Below the pieces are notes generated by a model. That model made no database searches, was not told the origin of the DNA, and saw nothing but the letters and a program-made list of their open reading frames with translations. The position numbers and the translations under genes were made by a program. DNA of 64,000 nucleotides, taken from the sequence record LR756504.1; one strand, written 5' to 3'. This document shows, piece by piece, positions 15,464 through 26,034 of this stretch. Position 1 is the stretch's first letter. Each line of letters opens with the position of its first letter.

Positions 15464-15876
15464 ATGAATAATAATATTATACCACCAATACCCATACCAA
15501 CCAATAGAGAAATTAAAATTAATCTGGAAATATTACCCCAAAACAAAACATCTAAATGTTTATATGTTATAGCTAACATAAACTGTCTTTCGTTAGCTCT
15601 CTCTTCCAAATAGATTCCATACATTTCAGTTAATCCTTGCTTCATTAGATAAGTATCTAATTTCTTCTTATATCCTTTGAATTCAATTTCAATTAATTTA
15701 TCACTATGTTCTTGATACTGTGATACGAGTTCTTTATATTCTCTTTCTGGTATAGTAAATACCGTATATAACCTACTAAGCATATCAACTTTAACTCCAA
15801 AATTAGTTAATAGTGTTGGTTTTAGTTTATTTATTATCTTTCTATAAAATAGATAATTTTTAATCGCTTTAAACAT
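15460..15876 (-). CDS. Hypothetical membrane-anchored protein
   Basis: C-terminal hydrophobic helix LILISLLVGMGIGGIILLFI. Confidence 0.7.
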   Translation of the reverse strand: MFKAIKNYLFYRKIINKLKPTLLTNFGVKVDMLSRLYTVFTIPEREYKELVSQYQEHSDKLIEIEFKGYKKKLDTYLMKQGLTEMYGIYLEERANERQFMLAITYKHLDVLFWGNISRLILISLLVGMGIGGIILLFI

Positions 15877-15878
15877 AA

Positions 15879-16118
15879 TTACTTTTTATTTTTTATAATC
15901 TCTTCTAATTCTGATATTCTTTTCTCCAAGATTTCTATTTTATCATCTTGTGTATAATAATCAATAATATTATTTCTTTTGTTTACTCTATCTTCTTGTT
16001 CTTTTAGTTTAAAAAAATCATTCAAACATTTTAATAATTGTGGATTTGGTGTAACTGGCGCACCTACCATTAAATTATTAACAAGTGTATCTAACCATAA
16101 TTCATATTTATCGCTCAT
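15879..16118 (-). CDS. Hypothetical protein
   Basis: 79-aa ORF preceded by CAACTT-N15-TATAAT. Confidence 0.65.
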   Translation of the reverse strand: MSDKYELWLDTLVNNLMVGAPVTPNPQLLKCLNDFFKLKEQEDRVNKRNNIIDYYTQDDKIEILEKRISELEEIIKNKK

Positions 16119-16174
16119 TACTATTATATAGTTATTTCTAAAAAAGTTGACATTCTTTAAAAAAAAAAATAAGA

Positions 16175-17656
16175 TTAACCAAGTGGTGAACTATTATCAA
16201 AATTAGACTTCATAAGTTCTAAATGTATAGCATTTGTTTTTTCAAGTAATGCTAAGGTTGCTTGTAATAAAGCAGTATTAGTATCTATAATATTTTCAAC
16301 TGGTTTTACTTCTGTTATATTTTTATTTTCACCAATTGATGATATATTAGTAACATTATTTTCTATAGATTGTTGAGATGTTGTAGCTAAATGTGTTGCT
16401 ATATTTCTCATTATTTCGTTATTAACTGTAAGTTGTTCTAATATTTTAGTATTATTGTCGTTATATTCTTTCTGATTTTGTATAGGTTTTATAGAAACAT
16501 TTTTGAAATCTAAGTTAGAATCATCAACTTCTGTTTTAATTTTTATTTTATACTCTTTTCTTTCAATAGACTCTATTTCCGTTAAATCTATTGTTGGTTT
16601 TATATTAACATCCACATTCTTTAAATCTTCTCTAATATTATCTTTAACTTTTTCAGTATCAACATTTACAAATAAATCAGAAGTGAAATCTATGTTAGAT
16701 AAATTATCTTTTAATTCAGATATTTTAGTATTAATATTATCCACCTTTTTAATAATATCTTCTTTAACATCTATATCAAGAGCTAAATTATCAAGCTTAA
16801 TATCTTTTAATGTATTAATTTTTTCAATAATAGGATCAATATTAAGATTTTCCAAATCCTTAAATTTAGAACTTAAATCAATATTAGAAATATCTTTTGA
16901 TATCTTACCAAAATCAATTTCTTTTAGTAATTGTAAATTATCAAGCTCTTTTAAAGACTCTAAGTTTTTGAAATCAATTCCTTTAATAGATTGTAATGAT
17001 TGTTCTAATTTGTCTAAATTAGCCATATCTTCTTTATTGAATCCTATTGATATATTTTTAAACTCACTTACTTTTTTAAGTATAGAATCAATTTTATCAA
17101 CGTTTAAGACTTCGAAATCAACATTATTAAAGTCTAAGTTCTGTAGAGACTCAAAGTTCTTCCTAACCTCTTCTAATTGAGTAATAACAGCATCAAAATT
17201 AATTTGAGGTGCAAGTTTAAGTTCTTCTAATTGTTGTTTAATTTGTTCTAAATTGGCAGAATCAACATTCAAATCGAGTTTAATACCAGCTTGATTTAAA
17301 GTATTAGCTAAATCCCCTATTTTATCAGTAAGTAATTGAATTTCGTTTTGAATTTCAATAAAGTGTGATTGTTCTAAATCTGTATTTAAAGGTTTATTTA
17401 CTGCTTCTTCCACTTTAGGTTGAAGGGGTTCAATATTTTGAAAATAAGCATTTAAATTATCCTTAATTTCTTTTATATGAGATGTATTTTCTTGGATTGA
17501 TTTTAGATACTTCTCGAACCCCTTAATATTTTGATTAAGTTCTAAAGAAGAGAAGTCTGTTTCATCAGACTTCTCTCTATTTGTTCTTTCTAAAAATTCA
17601 ATCAAATAATCTACATTATCAATTAAATTTTCAATATTTTTATTAATATCTTCCAT
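16175..17656 (-). CDS. Coiled-coil protein with degenerate IDF/LDF repeats
   Basis: Repeats such as LQNLDFNNV, IKGIDFKNL, LKEIDFGKI, LSNIDFTSD. Confidence 0.7.
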   Translation of the reverse strand: MEDINKNIENLIDNVDYLIEFLERTNREKSDETDFSSLELNQNIKGFEKYLKSIQENTSHIKEIKDNLNAYFQNIEPLQPKVEEAVNKPLNTDLEQSHFIEIQNEIQLLTDKIGDLANTLNQAGIKLDLNVDSANLEQIKQQLEELKLAPQINFDAVITQLEEVRKNFESLQNLDFNNVDFEVLNVDKIDSILKKVSEFKNISIGFNKEDMANLDKLEQSLQSIKGIDFKNLESLKELDNLQLLKEIDFGKISKDISNIDLSSKFKDLENLNIDPIIEKINTLKDIKLDNLALDIDVKEDIIKKVDNINTKISELKDNLSNIDFTSDLFVNVDTEKVKDNIREDLKNVDVNIKPTIDLTEIESIERKEYKIKIKTEVDDSNLDFKNVSIKPIQNQKEYNDNNTKILEQLTVNNEIMRNIATHLATTSQQSIENNVTNISSIGENKNITEVKPVENIIDTNTALLQATLALLEKTNAIHLELMKSNFDNSSPLG

Positions 17657-17661
17657 TTACA

Positions 17662-18126
17662 TTATCCTTTTTTATAATATGATACAGGTTTTTTATGAAT
17701 TCCTATTCTATATACATCTGCTTCTGATGGATGGAATTGATCTTCTGTTACATCAACAATATAACTACCAACTTCTATCCACCAATGCGGAAATTTTAAA
17801 CCTTTCGCACTTTCACCATTTCTTTCCCATTTTTTATTATAATTTTCTATATCATTAAATTCCCAATTGTGGGTATCTGGTTCAAATTCATCTTCAGCAT
17901 CTAAATAATAACCCCTAACTCTAACTACATTATAACCTAATTTTTGAAGGAATTTTTCTAATTCTTCTGATACCATACCACAATGTCCTTTAAGACATGT
18001 TTTATCATCATTCCAATCCCAATCATGTTCAAGTCTTTTTCTAAAAATTTCAACATCAGTTTGCAATTTAGCTAAATCTAATATATCGCCTTTAGCTTCA
18101 AATATAAAAGGTTTTATATACTTCAT
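17662..18126 (-). CDS. Transglutaminase/papain-like Cys-His-Asp protein with capsid-targeting-like N-terminus
   Basis: GHCGMVSEEL...PHWWIEV...IVDVTEDQF; starts MKYIKPFIFEA. Confidence 0.5.
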   Translation of the reverse strand: MKYIKPFIFEAKGDILDLAKLQTDVEIFRKRLEHDWDWNDDKTCLKGHCGMVSEELEKFLQKLGYNVVRVRGYYLDAEDEFEPDTHNWEFNDIENYNKKWERNGESAKGLKFPHWWIEVGSYIVDVTEDQFHPSEADVYRIGIHKKPVSYYKKG

Positions 18127-18130
18127 ATTA

Positions 18131-18415
18131 TTAAATTTTCTTTGTGTTATATTCTTTTATAGTATTATCTATTAATTCTTTATATTTCTTCATATCAGCA
18201 GCAGCTTTTTGATAAGCCCATTCAAATCTTAATAAATCATTGTCTTTATATTTCAGGGAAGCCAATAAATTAGTAAATTGTTGATCTTGATCAGTTTTTC
18301 CTAAAAATGATGTTAATCTTGATTTATTCGCATTATATTCAGCCATTTTAGTATTAAGAACTGTGATTTGGTCTTCTGCTTCAAAAACCTGTGTAAATTT
18401 TTTGATACCTTTCAT
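18131..18415 (-). CDS. Hypothetical protein with capsid-targeting-like N-terminus
   Basis: Starts MKGIKKFTQVFEAE. Confidence 0.65.
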   Translation of the reverse strand: MKGIKKFTQVFEAEDQITVLNTKMAEYNANKSRLTSFLGKTDQDQQFTNLLASLKYKDNDLLRFEWAYQKAAADMKKYKELIDNTIKEYNTKKI

Positions 18416-18419
18416 TTAA

Positions 18420-19910
18420 TTAGATAGATTTTTTTAATTCAGTACTTATTTCAGAAATTGGTTCTTTTACATCAATATGTTGTGTTTCTTTCACATTATA
18501 TAATGAAAATGGTACTTGTCTTATAGTTACAATACTTTTCTTAATTTCATCCCCTTCTTTGTAATAAGATACAATATTTAAATATCCTGCTTCATCTACC
18601 ATTTCTATACAAGGATAGTCTTTACCTAAAGCAGTACTCATACGTAATTTATATTTAAAACCATTAATATCATCCGACATAATAAATGTATCTTTAGCAA
18701 AATTTCTATACTTATTTGTATTCACATTCCAAGCAAATGAACTTTTATCAGAATCAAAGTAGTCTATTTTAGATTTATTTTCCGAAATACCCATATTACC
18801 AATAACTTTAAATAATTTATTAGAACCTTCTATTTTATACAATAAAATCAAATCGTTATTGAAATTAGATAAAACATAATAAGACTTATTAAATCCTATT
18901 TGACTCGCTGAGTATATTAATTGTGAATTTTCATTAAATGATGTCTTTAATACTTCTAAAGTTTTTGCACTTTTTACTGCTGCGGGACTTTCTTTTTTTG
19001 TAGTAGATTTATATTTATCATCAAGTTTTGTTATTTCAAAAACATAGAACCACTTTTTATGTATATCATTTATTAATAACGCCCAAGCATGTTCTAATTT
19101 TTTAGCTTTCTTTTGATCCTCTTCCGAATCAACTATACTTCTTTTTCTTAAAGAAAATTCTTCTATTTTATATGGGTTAACCTTAGCAGTAATATTTTTC
19201 TTATCTTCTTCACTCCAATCAGTAGGTGCTTGTATAGCACCAGCCATCCAATCTATAGACTCAAAATAATTAACATAACCTGATGAAGAATTATTAGGTT
19301 TTACTTTTACTTTTTTAAGAATAGTATTTATTTTATCTACTTTTGATTTCTTTTTATCGTATGAATTAGCTAAAGTATGATTTTCATCATCTTCACCATT
19401 TGATATTTTATTCATTATATCATCCATATCTTTCTGTGTTTGTGTTAATAAAGATTTTAATTCATTTAAATGCTTTTCAACTTCTTCTGGTGTTTTAGAA
19501 TAATGTAATAAACCTTCTAATTCATGAACATCTAATCCCAAATCCACAAATTCCTGCTGTTCTTTTTTAAATCTTTCGTTATCTGGATTAGAATTTGATT
19601 TTGGTTCAATTTCAGGCACATAATTGTAATCAAATTCTGGTTTAATCTTTGGTACATTAATAATTGTATCAGGTTTATCTGTTAAATTATTCTTATTTAC
19701 AGGTGCTTTTCTTTCTTTTAAATATTCATCATATACTACTTGTAAATATTCATCATATTCTTTAGCTATATTTTTCAATTTTCTGGATTTTATTCCAAAT
19801 CCTAAACTTCCAAATATCGTACTAAAAATTTTAGCTGTAGATGAGTCTTTTATAGACCAACCACCCGAATTACTTGCTTCAAATAGCCTAAATGATTTTA
19901 AATATTTCAT
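18420..19910 (-). CDS. Hypothetical protein with capsid-targeting-like N-terminus
   Basis: Starts MKYLKSFRLFEAS; 496 aa. Confidence 0.7.
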   Translation of the reverse strand: MKYLKSFRLFEASNSGGWSIKDSSTAKIFSTIFGSLGFGIKSRKLKNIAKEYDEYLQVVYDEYLKERKAPVNKNNLTDKPDTIINVPKIKPEFDYNYVPEIEPKSNSNPDNERFKKEQQEFVDLGLDVHELEGLLHYSKTPEEVEKHLNELKSLLTQTQKDMDDIMNKISNGEDDENHTLANSYDKKKSKVDKINTILKKVKVKPNNSSSGYVNYFESIDWMAGAIQAPTDWSEEDKKNITAKVNPYKIEEFSLRKRSIVDSEEDQKKAKKLEHAWALLINDIHKKWFYVFEITKLDDKYKSTTKKESPAAVKSAKTLEVLKTSFNENSQLIYSASQIGFNKSYYVLSNFNNDLILLYKIEGSNKLFKVIGNMGISENKSKIDYFDSDKSSFAWNVNTNKYRNFAKDTFIMSDDINGFKYKLRMSTALGKDYPCIEMVDEAGYLNIVSYYKEGDEIKKSIVTIRQVPFSLYNVKETQHIDVKEPISEISTELKKSI

Positions 19911-19929
19911 ATTTCTATATATTAATAAT

Positions 19930-20547
19930 TTATTTATTAATAATTCTCAAATTTGAATATGGATATTTCTTACCATCAACCGCAACATGGTTTTCATTAA
20001 AAGTTATATCACATACACTTGTTCTCGAATCATATATTTTAGTAGTTTTATACCTAAGTTCAAATGGACTCCTTGATATTTCAATAAATCTATGAACAAT
20101 TGATAAATCTATATTAGGGTTAATAACAACTTTCGAGTCTTCAATTTCTTCTAAATTATCTAAAGTATTAAAATAATCATTAATATTATAGTATATTATA
20201 TCATGATCTTGTATTAATTCTGTTGTTTGTTCAGATATTACTACCCTTTCTTCAGATTTTTTTGGCTTGGATTTTTTCGGTTTTTTAAGTTTTTCTATTG
20301 CTTCTGTTTCTACAGATTGTGTATCTGTTATTATTTCTGTTGGGATTTCAATAACAAGTTCTTCTATAATAGATACTTCTTCAGTAGGTTCAATTTCCAT
20401 AGGTTCAGTATCGGGTTCACTTTTTGAAATATTTTCTTCAATCATAGGGATATAGTGATTCTTTACTATATCATCTACTTCATTAACTTCTCTGATTATA
20501 ACAGGATTAACTTTATGAATAATGGGCTTTTTCTTTCTTTTAGCCAT
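19930..20547 (-). CDS. Hypothetical acidic low-complexity protein
   Basis: Glu/Ile-rich ORF of 205 aa. Confidence 0.65.
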   Translation of the reverse strand: MAKRKKKPIIHKVNPVIIREVNEVDDIVKNHYIPMIEENISKSEPDTEPMEIEPTEEVSIIEELVIEIPTEIITDTQSVETEAIEKLKKPKKSKPKKSEERVVISEQTTELIQDHDIIYYNINDYFNTLDNLEEIEDSKVVINPNIDLSIVHRFIEISRSPFELRYKTTKIYDSRTSVCDITFNENHVAVDGKKYPYSNLRIINK

Positions 20548-20681
20548 GTTATTATAAATTTTCTTTATATATCATAATTACACATGTTTAACATTATATA
20601 ATATTTAAATTAGAATATTTCGAATAATATAATTAAACTTTTATTAAAAATGTGGTAAAATGATTAAAAGAAAAAGTATGC

Positions 20682-21806
20682 ATGTCTAAATTATTCTTAT
20701 TGGGCGATATTCATTTAGGTATACATCAATTAAAACTTGACATTTATTTAGATATATCTAAGGATTATTTCTTTAATTTTTATTTCCCCATATTAAAAGA
20801 ACATTATAAAAAAGGAGATAGATTATTTATTTTAGGTGATGTGTTTGATAATAGAAGTCATTTGAATTTAAAAGTTATTTCATATGCTTTAGATATTTTT
20901 GATTGGCTTGAAGAAAATGATATACAAATTGATATTATTTTAGGAAATCATGATCTTTATAATTCATCTTCATCAGAATTTAACTCATTAAAAATTTTGA
21001 GTAGACATAGAAATGTAACGATACATTCAGTACCTACTGTAGTAAATATCGGTACTAAGAAAGCATTAATGATGCCATATTTTAATGATGTAGATGAACA
21101 AAAAGAAGAACTTAAAAAGTATCAAGGTAAAGTAAATTATCTATTTTGTCATTCTGATTTAGCTGGCGCTAAGAATAATATCAATTCAGGACCTCTTACA
21201 CATGGACCATCAGTTGCGGATTTTGTAACGTTCCCACAAGTGTACGCCAGTCATATTCACTTACATCAGAAATTACAAAATTTTACATTTATTGGTTGTC
21301 CATATCATCTTGATAGAAATGATAAAGGTGATAAAAAAGGTATTTATATTGTTGATATAGAAACAGGAAAAGAGAAGTTTATTCCCAATGATAGATCACC
21401 TGAATATAAAAATATAGAAATTGTAACTATTGAAGATGTCGAAAAGTTAGATAGAATTATTTCTATAGAAAGAGTATTAGCGGATAAACCAATGGATGAT
21501 TGGTATGATGTAACTGTAAATAATTCTTTGATTATGGAAAAACCAGAACTTGTTAGAAAGCTTATGGATTTCTCAAAAAAGAAATCTTTAACAACCATAA
21601 AACAAATTGATGATTTTGAAATAAAAGATACAGTTGAAGATATTTCACTTGAAGAAATTGGTGTATCTTTATCCATACCTGATATGGTAAGAGATTATGT
21701 TAAGAAACAGGATTTCAAAGATGAAATAGTAAAAGAGAAAATAATAGGAATTCTTGAGGAAGTAATTCAAACTGCTTCTGATGATAGAGCACAAATTATG
21801 GAATAA
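20682..21806 (+). CDS. gp47: Recombination endonuclease, T4 gp47 / SbcD / Mre11 family
   Basis: GDIHLG, GDVFD, GNHD, CHSD, SHIH metallophosphoesterase motifs; partner gp46 at 57583. Confidence 0.88.
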   Translation: MSKLFLLGDIHLGIHQLKLDIYLDISKDYFFNFYFPILKEHYKKGDRLFILGDVFDNRSHLNLKVISYALDIFDWLEENDIQIDIILGNHDLYNSSSSEFNSLKILSRHRNVTIHSVPTVVNIGTKKALMMPYFNDVDEQKEELKKYQGKVNYLFCHSDLAGAKNNINSGPLTHGPSVADFVTFPQVYASHIHLHQKLQNFTFIGCPYHLDRNDKGDKKGIYIVDIETGKEKFIPNDRSPEYKNIEIVTIEDVEKLDRIISIERVLADKPMDDWYDVTVNNSLIMEKPELVRKLMDFSKKKSLTTIKQIDDFEIKDTVEDISLEEIGVSLSIPDMVRDYVKKQDFKDEIVKEKIIGILEEVIQTASDDRAQIME

Positions 21807-22153
21807 TGAATAAAACAAGAGAAGAACAAATTGAAAAATATAAAAAATATTTGACAGAAGAATTTAAACAGTCTATTAATTATAATAGATATTTAAATGA
21901 AATCAATCAAGACATAATTTCATTTTTAGAAATATTAAATATTAAAGAGGAAAATAAATTAGATGAATTTAGTCAATTTATTAATGAATTAATGGATGTA
22001 TCTCAAAAAAGATATATTATACTTGATAATGCTATTAAATTTTTAAATAGTAATTCTGAAAAAATTTCATTTAAAGATGTTCAAGCGAAAACAATGTTAT
22101 ACAACAGAATATTAAAAATTAAACATATAGACGATGGATGCACCGAAGTATAG
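21806..22153 (+). CDS. Hypothetical protein
   Basis: 115-aa ORF, translationally coupled to neighbours. Confidence 0.6.
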   Translation: MNKTREEQIEKYKKYLTEEFKQSINYNRYLNEINQDIISFLEILNIKEENKLDEFSQFINELMDVSQKRYIILDNAIKFLNSNSEKISFKDVQAKTMLYNRILKIKHIDDGCTEV

Positions 22154-22688
22154 AGACATTTTTCTTGCCCAACAAGTAGATCAAACTTCAATAAAAGAAG
22201 TTGTTTCTAAGATTGTTGAAATTAATGAACATGATAAAAAAATTAAAAGTTATCTTAAAAATTTTTATGACGCTGAATATAAACCAAAGCCTATTAAGAT
22301 TTATATTGATTCTTATGGTGGTGCAGTATACCAATGTTTAGGATTAATTTCTATAATAGATGCAAGTGAAACACCAGTACATACAGTAGTAACTGGGACT
22401 GCTATGAGTGCTGGATTTATGATAGCTATTTCAGGACATAAAAGATTTTGTTATGAACATTCAACATTGATGTATCATCAAATATCTTCTTCTAAATGGG
22501 ATACTTTAAAAGCTATTGAAGAAAGTGTAGAAGAGAGTAAAAGATTACAGAAAATTTTAGAAAGTGTTACAATGAAAAAAACTAAAATTTCTAAGAAGAA
22601 AATAAAAGAAGTTTATCATATGAAACAAGATTGGTTTTTAACTTCTATTGAAGCTAAAGAATTAGGATGTATAGATGAAATTTTATGA
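22134..22688 (+). CDS. clpP: ClpP-like protease subunit
   Basis: IYIDSYGG, AMSAG (catalytic Ser), LMYHQ (His). Confidence 0.85.
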   Translation: MDAPKYRDIFLAQQVDQTSIKEVVSKIVEINEHDKKIKSYLKNFYDAEYKPKPIKIYIDSYGGAVYQCLGLISIIDASETPVHTVVTGTAMSAGFMIAISGHKRFCYEHSTLMYHQISSSKWDTLKAIEESVEESKRLQKILESVTMKKTKISKKKIKEVYHMKQDWFLTSIEAKELGCIDEIL

Positions 22689-24477
22689 AATAAAATATAT
22701 GAAATTAAAACAAGAGGATGTTATAAATAAATTTATAAAAATACATCAACATATATATGATTATTCTAAATTTATTTATAATGGATACAATGAAAAATCT
22801 ATTATAATATGTAAAAAACATGGAGAATTTTTACAAAAGCCTAAAATCCATTATGGAAGTGGATGTCCAAAATGTAAAGACGAAAAAAGTCTAACAACTT
22901 TTATTCTTAAAGGAAGTATTAAAAATAATAAAAATAGATGTAATACTTTTATAAAAAGTTGTGAAAAAGTTAATTCAAATTTGGACTTCAGTAAAACTGA
23001 ATATATTAATAAAAACACTAAAGTTATTGTAACTTGTAAAAAACATGGAGATTACTCAGTAATACCTAGAAGTTTATTAGAAGGTAAAATATGTAGAAAG
23101 TGTTTTAATGAAAAAAAAGAACGTTGGTCATTAGAAGGGTGGTGCATAAGTGGTAAGGGAAAAGGATTTTTTTACATAATAGAAATGGAATCGCTCAATG
23201 AAAAATTCATTAAGTGTGGAATAACTAATACAAATGTTAAAAAAAGAATGGCACAAATAACAAATTTTTATAGCAAGAAAATATTATTTACATTAGAAAA
23301 TGTTCCATCGTTTTGCTATATTTTAGAAAAAGAAATTATGAATAAATTTAAGGAATATCAAGTTATACCACATACAAAATTTGGTGGTAGATATGAATGT
23401 TTTACACATACAATTAAAGATGAAATTATTAAATATATAAATGATAGAACAAAAAATAAAAAAATGAAAAAAATGAAATATGATTTTAATGATATAGCAA
23501 TAGTTCCTATTAAAATGAGCGATATTGATAGTAGAACAGATATTGATTTGGAGTATATTCCTATCGTTTGTGCGCCAATGGACACTCTGATAGATAGTAG
23601 TAATATATCTAAGTTTTTAAATATAGGATTAGAAATCTGTATGCCTAGAGGCGAAAAAATACAAGAGGAATTTTATGATAAGGTATTTCACTCATTTGGA
23701 ATAGATGAAATAGTTTTATTATTAGATTCCAATATAAAATTACCTAAAAAAGTTTTAATTGATGTTGCAAATGGAAATATGTTAAAACTTTTTTTAATTG
23801 CTAAGAGAATTAAAAAAGAACAAAAACATATTGAATTGATGGTTGGTAATATTGCTAACCCTGAAACGTATAGATTATATTGTGAAATTGGCGTTGATTG
23901 GGTTAGATGTGGAATTGGCGGAGGAAGTGTTTGTACAACATCGTCTAATACAGGAATTCATTATCCTATGGCGTCTTTGATAGAAGAATGTTATGATATA
24001 TCATGTCATTACGAAAATCCACCAAAAATTATAGCAGATGGTGGATTTAGAAACTATGATGAAATTATAAAAGCAATCGCTATAGGCGCACATTCTGTTA
24101 TGTTAGGTGGTATATTAAACAAAACATTAGAATCTTGTGGTGATAATTATGTTAAAATTGGTGAAACAGAATATAAAAAAATTACTATTGATGAAGCTAA
24201 TAAATTTTTTGAAGAGGATGTTGAAACATTTAAATATTATCGAGGTATGTCAACTAAAGAAGTTCAAGCTAAATGGGGTAGAACAACATTAAAAACCGCC
24301 GAAGGAATTTCAAAATATAATAAAGTTGAATATACATTAGCAGGGTGGACTGAAAATTTCATAGACTACTTAAAATCAAATATGTCTTATTGTGGTAAAA
24401 GAAATCTTACAGAATATAAAGGTCAAGTTGAATATATTCACATCACAGAAAATGCTAGAAAAAGATTTGCAAAATAA
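22675..24477 (+). CDS. Homing-endonuclease-like region in frame with an IMPDH/GMP reductase family enzyme (second start probably MKKMKYDF near 23462)
   Basis: N-terminal half: CKKHG repeats, CPKC, YIIEM...KCGIT...GRYECF. C-terminal half: APMDT, IDVANG, GIGGGSVCTT, IIADGG, YRGMST. Confidence 0.85.
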   Translation: MKFYEIKYMKLKQEDVINKFIKIHQHIYDYSKFIYNGYNEKSIIICKKHGEFLQKPKIHYGSGCPKCKDEKSLTTFILKGSIKNNKNRCNTFIKSCEKVNSNLDFSKTEYINKNTKVIVTCKKHGDYSVIPRSLLEGKICRKCFNEKKERWSLEGWCISGKGKGFFYIIEMESLNEKFIKCGITNTNVKKRMAQITNFYSKKILFTLENVPSFCYILEKEIMNKFKEYQVIPHTKFGGRYECFTHTIKDEIIKYINDRTKNKKMKKMKYDFNDIAIVPIKMSDIDSRTDIDLEYIPIVCAPMDTLIDSSNISKFLNIGLEICMPRGEKIQEEFYDKVFHSFGIDEIVLLLDSNIKLPKKVLIDVANGNMLKLFLIAKRIKKEQKHIELMVGNIANPETYRLYCEIGVDWVRCGIGGGSVCTTSSNTGIHYPMASLIEECYDISCHYENPPKIIADGGFRNYDEIIKAIAIGAHSVMLGGILNKTLESCGDNYVKIGETEYKKITIDEANKFFEEDVETFKYYRGMSTKEVQAKWGRTTLKTAEGISKYNKVEYTLAGWTENFIDYLKSNMSYCGKRNLTEYKGQVEYIHITENARKRFAK

Positions 24478-24854
24478 TGAAACACAAAAAGAAATATAAT
24501 GTTAGTTCAACTCCTATTAAATTTTCTAAAAAAGGTAAATTAAAAAAGGAAGAAATAATTTTACTAGTACATAGCATATCAGTAGAAGGTTTATCTAAAG
24601 CAATGGCAGTAGAAAAAATTGCCATATATCAAAATAACTTGAATGATTCAATGCGTATAGTAGAGAAAAAAATACGTGGGTATAAAATACACAATTTTAT
24701 TGTAACTACACCTGTAGATGAAAATCAAGGTATAAAATTATTATACCCACAATTAAAAGAAGAAATTGATAAACGTTTAAGTATTGGTGAACATGTTACA
24801 GAGAAGACTTTAGATAGACTAACTAAGGTTTATGATATATTGAAAAGTAAATAG
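24477..24854 (+). CDS. Hypothetical protein
   Basis: 125-aa ORF coupled to the upstream gene. Confidence 0.65.
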   Translation: MKHKKKYNVSSTPIKFSKKGKLKKEEIILLVHSISVEGLSKAMAVEKIAIYQNNLNDSMRIVEKKIRGYKIHNFIVTTPVDENQGIKLLYPQLKEEIDKRLSIGEHVTEKTLDRLTKVYDILKSK

Positions 24855-24878
24855 ACTACATTTCTAATATATACTTAT

Positions 24879-25295
24879 ATGAAGAAGAATATATTGGAGA
24901 TTATCTTACAAAATAAGAGAACTAGGTTCGATGATTTTTTTAATTTAGATAGAAAACCTGATTATCCAGGAACAACATTGGATGATTTAAAAGGTAATCT
25001 TGAAAAGATACTTATTAATTTAAAATATGCTAAAGAACATCATAAAAATGATGATGATGCAATATACGATGAATTGAGTAAAATAAACCACTATATTCTA
25101 AGAAATAAGAAATATGTAGATGAATTAGAGAATACTATTGATGATTACAGTTCTGCGTATGAAGCATTAATAGATTTAGTATCTGAAATAATAATAAAAG
25201 AGAACTTGGATTTGACTAAATATTCTGCTGATATATCAATAGAAGAGTGGAGAAAATTAACAAGAGGAAAAAGAATTGATGATTTATTAAAATAA
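24879..25295 (+). CDS. Hypothetical protein
   Basis: 138-aa ORF ending RGKRIDDLLK. Confidence 0.65.
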   Translation: MKKNILEIILQNKRTRFDDFFNLDRKPDYPGTTLDDLKGNLEKILINLKYAKEHHKNDDDAIYDELSKINHYILRNKKYVDELENTIDDYSSAYEALIDLVSEIIIKENLDLTKYSADISIEEWRKLTRGKRIDDLLK

Positions 25296-25346
25296 TACTC
25301 AACTTTTATATCATTTTGAATATAATTTCAAAATGAATTTATTAAA

Positions 25347-26024
25347 ATGGGAATGAAACAAATAGATGTTATTAAATCTACATCATATGATCAAGAAGAG
25401 ATAATTAAAAACATAATAAAATTACACATTCCATCAGGTGTTATTGACTGTGATCCTACATACAGTATTGGAAATTTTTATAAAAAAACTGGTATAGAAG
25501 CCCCCAAATATAAATTTGATATTGTACCACAAGCAGAAGGAGTTGAGCAAGCAAGCGCAGATAAATTACCGTTAGAGAATAATTCTATAAATAGCCTCCT
25601 ATTCGACCCGCCTTTTTTGATTTCTGTTGGGCCATCTCTGAAACAAACAGATGCTTCTAAAAAAATTGATGGAAAAAGTAATTTAATACATCAACGATTT
25701 TCATCATTTGAATCGCCTAAGAAATTATGGGATTTCTATAAAGCTTCTTTAGAAGAAGGATATAGAGTTTTAAATGAAAATGGCGTTTTTATATTCAAAT
25801 GTCAAGATACTGTCAGTAGTTCAAAACAATATTTCTCACATTCATATATTATGAATATTGCAGTTAAGATTGGTTTTTATCCTAAAGATTTGTTTGTATT
25901 GTTAGCTAAAAATAGAATGATTAGCGGTAAACATGCTAACCAATTTCACGCCAGAAAATATAGCAGTTGGTTCTGGGTGTTTGAAAAAAATAATAAAGGT
26001 AATAAAATAGATTATTTTAATTGA
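25347..26024 (+). CDS. Amino-type DNA methyltransferase-like protein
   Basis: DCDPTYSIGNFYK SAM-binding region and LLFDPPF catalytic motif IV. Confidence 0.75.
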   Translation: MGMKQIDVIKSTSYDQEEIIKNIIKLHIPSGVIDCDPTYSIGNFYKKTGIEAPKYKFDIVPQAEGVEQASADKLPLENNSINSLLFDPPFLISVGPSLKQTDASKKIDGKSNLIHQRFSSFESPKKLWDFYKASLEEGYRVLNENGVFIFKCQDTVSSSKQYFSHSYIMNIAVKIGFYPKDLFVLLAKNRMISGKHANQFHARKYSSWFWVFEKNNKGNKIDYFN

Positions 26025-26034
26025 TTTTCATTAT

